Below are positions 59,235 to 64,000 of a stretch of 64,000 bases of DNA, in pieces. The stretch comes from Octopus sinensis (lineage: Eukaryota), in the NCBI RefSeq assembly GCF_006345805.1, contig NW_021832842.1, positions 1-64,000 on the forward strand. Reading direction: 5' to 3'. The notes beneath the pieces were generated by a model. It did not search any database and had not been told where the DNA came from. It saw only the letters and a program-made list of their open reading frames with translations. Positions within the stretch are counted from its first letter, which is position 1. Every line of letters begins with the position of its first letter. The translations under genes and the position numbers were made by a program.

Positions 59235-62200
59235 GCGTGTGCGTGTGTGTGTATGTGTGTGTGTGTGAGTGTGTGTGTGTGTGTGTGTGCGTGTGCGTGT
59301 GTGTGTCTGTGTGTCTGTGTGAGTGTGTGTGTGTGTAGGAAGTGAAGGATAAAAATATGGACCTTTTATTTCCGTACAGACAACATAACACTATCAACCT
59401 CATACCACCACAACATTTTTCTTTATCCTGTCAAAAACTGATTCATTCCATCCCTTTCACCTACGACCTCAGCTACGTCAGCCGAAAGTAAAATCAACAG
59501 AGGATCACCTTTATACCTACAAACGTATGTCTATTTTTATAGCTGCAACACATTATATATTCCGTACTTAACACACACCATGACACACCACAAATGTACC
59601 CTGAACGAGAAGGACTATTCATTATAATACATCAGTTCCACACATTTGCCCTGGTTCCATTTCGGACAACTGCACAAACATTTGCCATTTGACACATGTA
59701 TGTAAACAAATTCCTTTCTTAAAAATTTCAATTCATTTTCTTTTCCAATTTACGTTTCTATACACTTTACACAAATATTTGATTAAACAACTAAAACACT
59801 TCACATTTCGAACATGTACGTAAACTACTTCCATTCTTACAAATCTAACTTTATTTTCTTGCTTTTAACTCAGCTTTCAATACACTTTACACACTCTGTC
59901 GCTATACTTGCATAAACAATTTCTTTCAGCTGCAAATATTTCTTTCTTTTCCTTCCACGGTCAACATTTTTCCACATTTCATTCACATTACAATTTCTAT
60001 CTTTAAGTAACTTTCACCCTTTCTTTTTCACATAAAATGCCACCGAAAAAGAGAAGTCGCCTCGGCCGCCATACTGCAGCAGCAACGGTGCAAAAGGCGA
60101 TTATCGCAAACGAGTCCTCCGACAAAAAGACTTTCAGACTTTCACAGAGCGCCTTACGTTCAGCGCAATCACGAGCTGCTGAAAATTTACAACAGCGCAA
60201 CGCACGCCTAGCAAAAATGGCTTCATACGATGCTGCTTCCAGGGCTTCAGAGGGTCCGGAAACAAGGTCGAAGCGCATGGCCATAAATGCTTCTGCTGTT
60301 GCTGCACAAAGGACTTCAGAGGACCCACAACAAAGGGCCACTCGACTGGCTACAAACGCTGCGGCTACTGCTGCTTCAGCATTTCGACACATTCCCACGA
60401 CTCAGACCAGCAACGTTCTACATTCCAGCGGAACAGTCGACGCCGCAAGGCTACTCGCGGTCTGACGAGTCCAAACAGCCCTTACTGGCATCTACGGGCT
60501 TTCAAGTATGAGCCCAACTTCAATTACTCGATGCACGCTGACATAAATATTGGGGAAATGTGCTTCAATTGCCAATTCTGCAATGCTAAAAAGTGGGCTG
60601 GGGAACCACCTGCAATGTGCTGCTTAAACGGTAAGGTCAGCTTGCCTCCCCTTCGGGAGCTGCCAGACTCTTTGAAGGAATTACTTACTGGTTCCACCTC
60701 AAGGTCATCAAAATTCCTTCAACTCATCAGGAAGTACAATTGTGCATTTCAGATGACTTCTTTCGGGGCTGACGTTGTCAGAGAAACTGGTTGGATGCCT
60801 ACTTTCAAGGTCCAGGGCCAGGTGTACCACCTTATTGGGTCACTCCAGCCACTACAAAATTGCAAACCTTCGCTCCTTCAAATTTATTTCCTTTCAAATT
60901 ACAATAGGCAACTTGATGTGCGTTTCGGCGTAATTCCACAACCTGCAAACACTGACGCTGACAATTTCGACAGGGACGTGCTGCTCAGTCTGCAAAACAT
61001 GCTTCATGAGCACAACAGCTACATTCGGAGTTTCAAATACGCCTTGGAAACATCCCCTTCACTAACATTCCCCATTGTCATCGATGCTGACAAAAGACCT
61101 GGGGAGCACGCACGTCGATATAACGCTCCTTCGTGCATTGAAGTGGCCATAGTTCTCCATGGTGAACAGCACAATCAGCAAGACATAGTTCTTCAAAGCC
61201 GCGACAGTGGTCTTCAGCGTATTAATGAGATGCATCGGTCATATGACGCCCTGCAGTATCCCCTTCTTTTTCCGTATGGAGAAGACGGGTACCATTTCGG
61301 CATTCCTCACCACAAACCAAACGAGCCCTCTGCTGCGACATCTAAAACTGTTTCATGTATGGCTTTTTACTCATACCGCTTCATGACAAGACATAATGAT
61401 TTCAACCCCCTGCACAGATCACGGGAACTGTTTCACCAGTTTGCAGTTAACATGGCTGCAAAGATGGAGTCCGAGAGACTGTGCTTCATCAAATTGAATC
61501 AGAAGCAGCTGCGCTCAGGCTCCTACATCCATTTGCGTGATGGCATCAGGAATGACACTGACGCCCGCAATATCGGCAAAATATGCATTCTCCCCTCAAC
61601 CTATACAGAGGGCACACGTTTACATGCACGAGCGAACACAAGACGCTATGACTTACGTTCGGCATTATGGACGACCCGATTTATTCATTACCTTTACATG
61701 TAACACAAAGTGGGTTGAGGTAACGCGAGAACTTCTCCCAGGGCAGCAGTACTGTCATCGCCATGATATTATTGCAAGGGTTTTCAGGCAGAAACTGGCT
61801 AAGCTCATTCATTTAATAAAAAAAGGGCAGGTTTTTGGGCCTGTTAACTGCCACATGTATACTGTTGAGTGGCAGAAAAGAGGGTTGCCACACGCGCACA
61901 TTTTGCTTTGATTGGTCAACAAAATAGACCCAACAGTTCTTGATGATCTCATTGCAGCAGAAATTCCGGACCCAACTGTTGACCGCCATCTGTACGTCAT
62001 TGTGAAGGCACACATGGTACACGGTCCGTACGGTCCTGGTTTTCAAAAGTTCTCCTCATGCCACAAAGACCACGTGTGCACTAAACGGTACCCAAAGAGG
62101 TTCGTGGACGAGACCCAGACCGGCTGCGACGGATACCCACTGTACAGAAGAAGGCACCCTGACAATGGTGGATTCACTATGACGTTACGGGGTCATCAAG

Positions 62201-64000
62201 TGGATAATAGGTGGGTAGTACCGTACTGTCCATTTCTGATGAAAACTTTTAACGCTCACATAAATGTGGAGTTCTGTCATTCAGTCAAGTCTATAAAGTA
62301 TATATGTAAATATGTTAACAAGGGTTCTGACACTGCCATATTTGGCCTTCAAAAGAACAATAGCATGGACGAGGTGTCACAGTACTTGGCAGGTCGGTAC
62401 ATAAGCAGTGGTGAAGCTTTTTGGCGGATATTCGGGTTTCCACTTCACCAAAGGCACCCCGCCATCAGACAACTAGCGGTTCATTTGGAAAATGGCCAGC
62501 GAACTTACTTTACTGAACAGACTGCAGCTGAATTGGCGGCAAATCCAAAACAAACAACTTTGACCGGTTTCTTTAGGCTTTGCCAACTTGACACATTTGC
62601 TAAAACACTTTTATACCCTCAGGTCGCGTCCTACTACGTGTGGTCAAACAACAATTGGGTGCGTAGGAAGTTGGGTCAGGATGTTGAAGGACATCCTGGT
62701 GTCAAGTTTAACAGTTGTCTAGGAAGAGTCTACACTGTACCTCCAAACCAACATGAGTGTTTTCACCTGCGCCTTCTCCTCCATGAGGTTTTAGGCCCAC
62801 AAAGTTTTCAAGACATCAGAACTGTTGATGGTGTATTATGTGATACTTTCCGCGAAGCCTGTTTTCGGCGTCGACTTTTGGAGGATGATTCACAATGGGG
62901 CGCCACTATGGCGGAGGGTGTTTCGTTAAAATCTCCTAAAAAAATCAGATCACTTTTCGCTATTCCACTACTATGGTGTGACTTGGCTAATCCCGCCTCT
63001 TTATGGCTTACCTACAAAGATTATATGTCTGAAGATTTCCTGCGTCACGCTCAATCGCTACATCCATCAATGGAGGTCGGGTACACTTACCTCATTTACA
63101 ACAGGGCGCTGCTTGAAATCGAAGATACTGTACTTGATATGGGCGGTAATGCCTTGCCGGTCTATGGCCTACCTTCAACAAACCGGGAAGACACAAACAC
63201 TCTGTCTTCACATTTGCTGCGTGAGACATGTTTTAATGTTGACGAGCTTGCCGAGTACATAGCCGACAATGAGCCAAAGCTCCTTCCAGAACAGAAGTTC
63301 GCTTACAACTCCGTTGTTAATTCAGTCCGGGCCAAAGCTGGGGGGATTTTTTTCCTCGACGCTCCTGGGGGCACTGGGAAAACTTTTGTCAACAAATTAA
63401 TATTGGCTGAGATTAGGCGAACACAAGGCATTGCCCTAGCTGTGGCATCACCTGGAATTGCGGCTACTTTGTTGCCAGGCGGCAGGGCAGCTCACTCCAC
63501 TTTCAAGCTCCCGCTTGACTTAGCGAAGACTGAGACACCAACTTGCAACATCAGTAACAGCTCCGATCAGGCAGAAGTCTTCAGACGATGCAAGCTTATC
63601 GTTTGTGATGAATGCACGATGGCCCACAGAGGTGCTCTTGAAGCACTAGATAGATGTCTTAGAGACATCAAACACTCTTCAGCTCCCATAACAATTCTTC
63701 TTTCAGGGGACTTCCGGCAAACACTTCCCGTTATTCCCAAAGGGACTAGAGCTGATGCAGTAAGTGCGTGTCTTAAGTCATCCACATTGTGGCCACTGGT
63801 GAAGACTCTCAAACTTCACACCAATATGCGTGCTCATATGCGACGTGATATCACATCAGCAGCATTTTCTCACACCCTCCTTGCACTTGGCGAAGGCAAA
63901 ATACCAGGGGATGAAAATGGTAATATTGCCATCGATTCCATTTGTACCATTGTTAAAACGCCTTCTGATCTCAGAGATGCAGTGTTCCCAGATCTACAAG
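58910..64000 (+). mobile_element. Helitron (Rep-helicase), mildly decayed, continues beyond the window
   Basis: 5' TC terminus at 58910; ORF from 60037 across frameshifts: PDLFITFTCN, VEWQKRGLPHAHILL (HUH), YICKYVNKG, FFLDAPGGTGKT, DECTM, GDFRQTLPV. Confidence 0.93.

Overview
Eukaryotic (animal) genomic DNA, AT-rich and dense in (TA)n, (CA)n, (TACA)n and (TAA)n microsatellites. The repeat families resemble octopod cephalopod genomes; this is my inference, not verified. Almost all of the window is mobile DNA: CR1/L2-type, RTE, Tx1/L1 and R4/Dong LINEs; three GIY-YIG Penelope-like elements (PLEs) plus PLE-type non-coding repeats carrying several hammerhead ribozyme motifs; tRNA-derived SINEs; mariner, maT-like and Tc1 DNA transposons; and a Helitron cluster running off the right end. 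A ~6.15 kb-period tandem array (18.4-38.5 kb) holds two copies of a Ty3/gypsy LTR element and one full-length R4/Dong element. The only host gene I can support is a METTL24-like methyltransferase (5 exons, 42669-50061, + strand), whose last exon is frameshifted. Strongest leads: (1) the gypsy primer-binding site is complementary to the FIRST 12 nt of tRNA-Phe, not to a tRNA 3' end; (2) PLE-linked hammerheads with a U3-A8 compensated core; (3) a PLE flanked by ~1.5 kb inverted repeats; (4) a ~600 bp hammerhead-carrying unit with terminal redundancy and nested inversions. All coordinates were read by eye and are accurate to within a few bases; no searches or folding programs were run.
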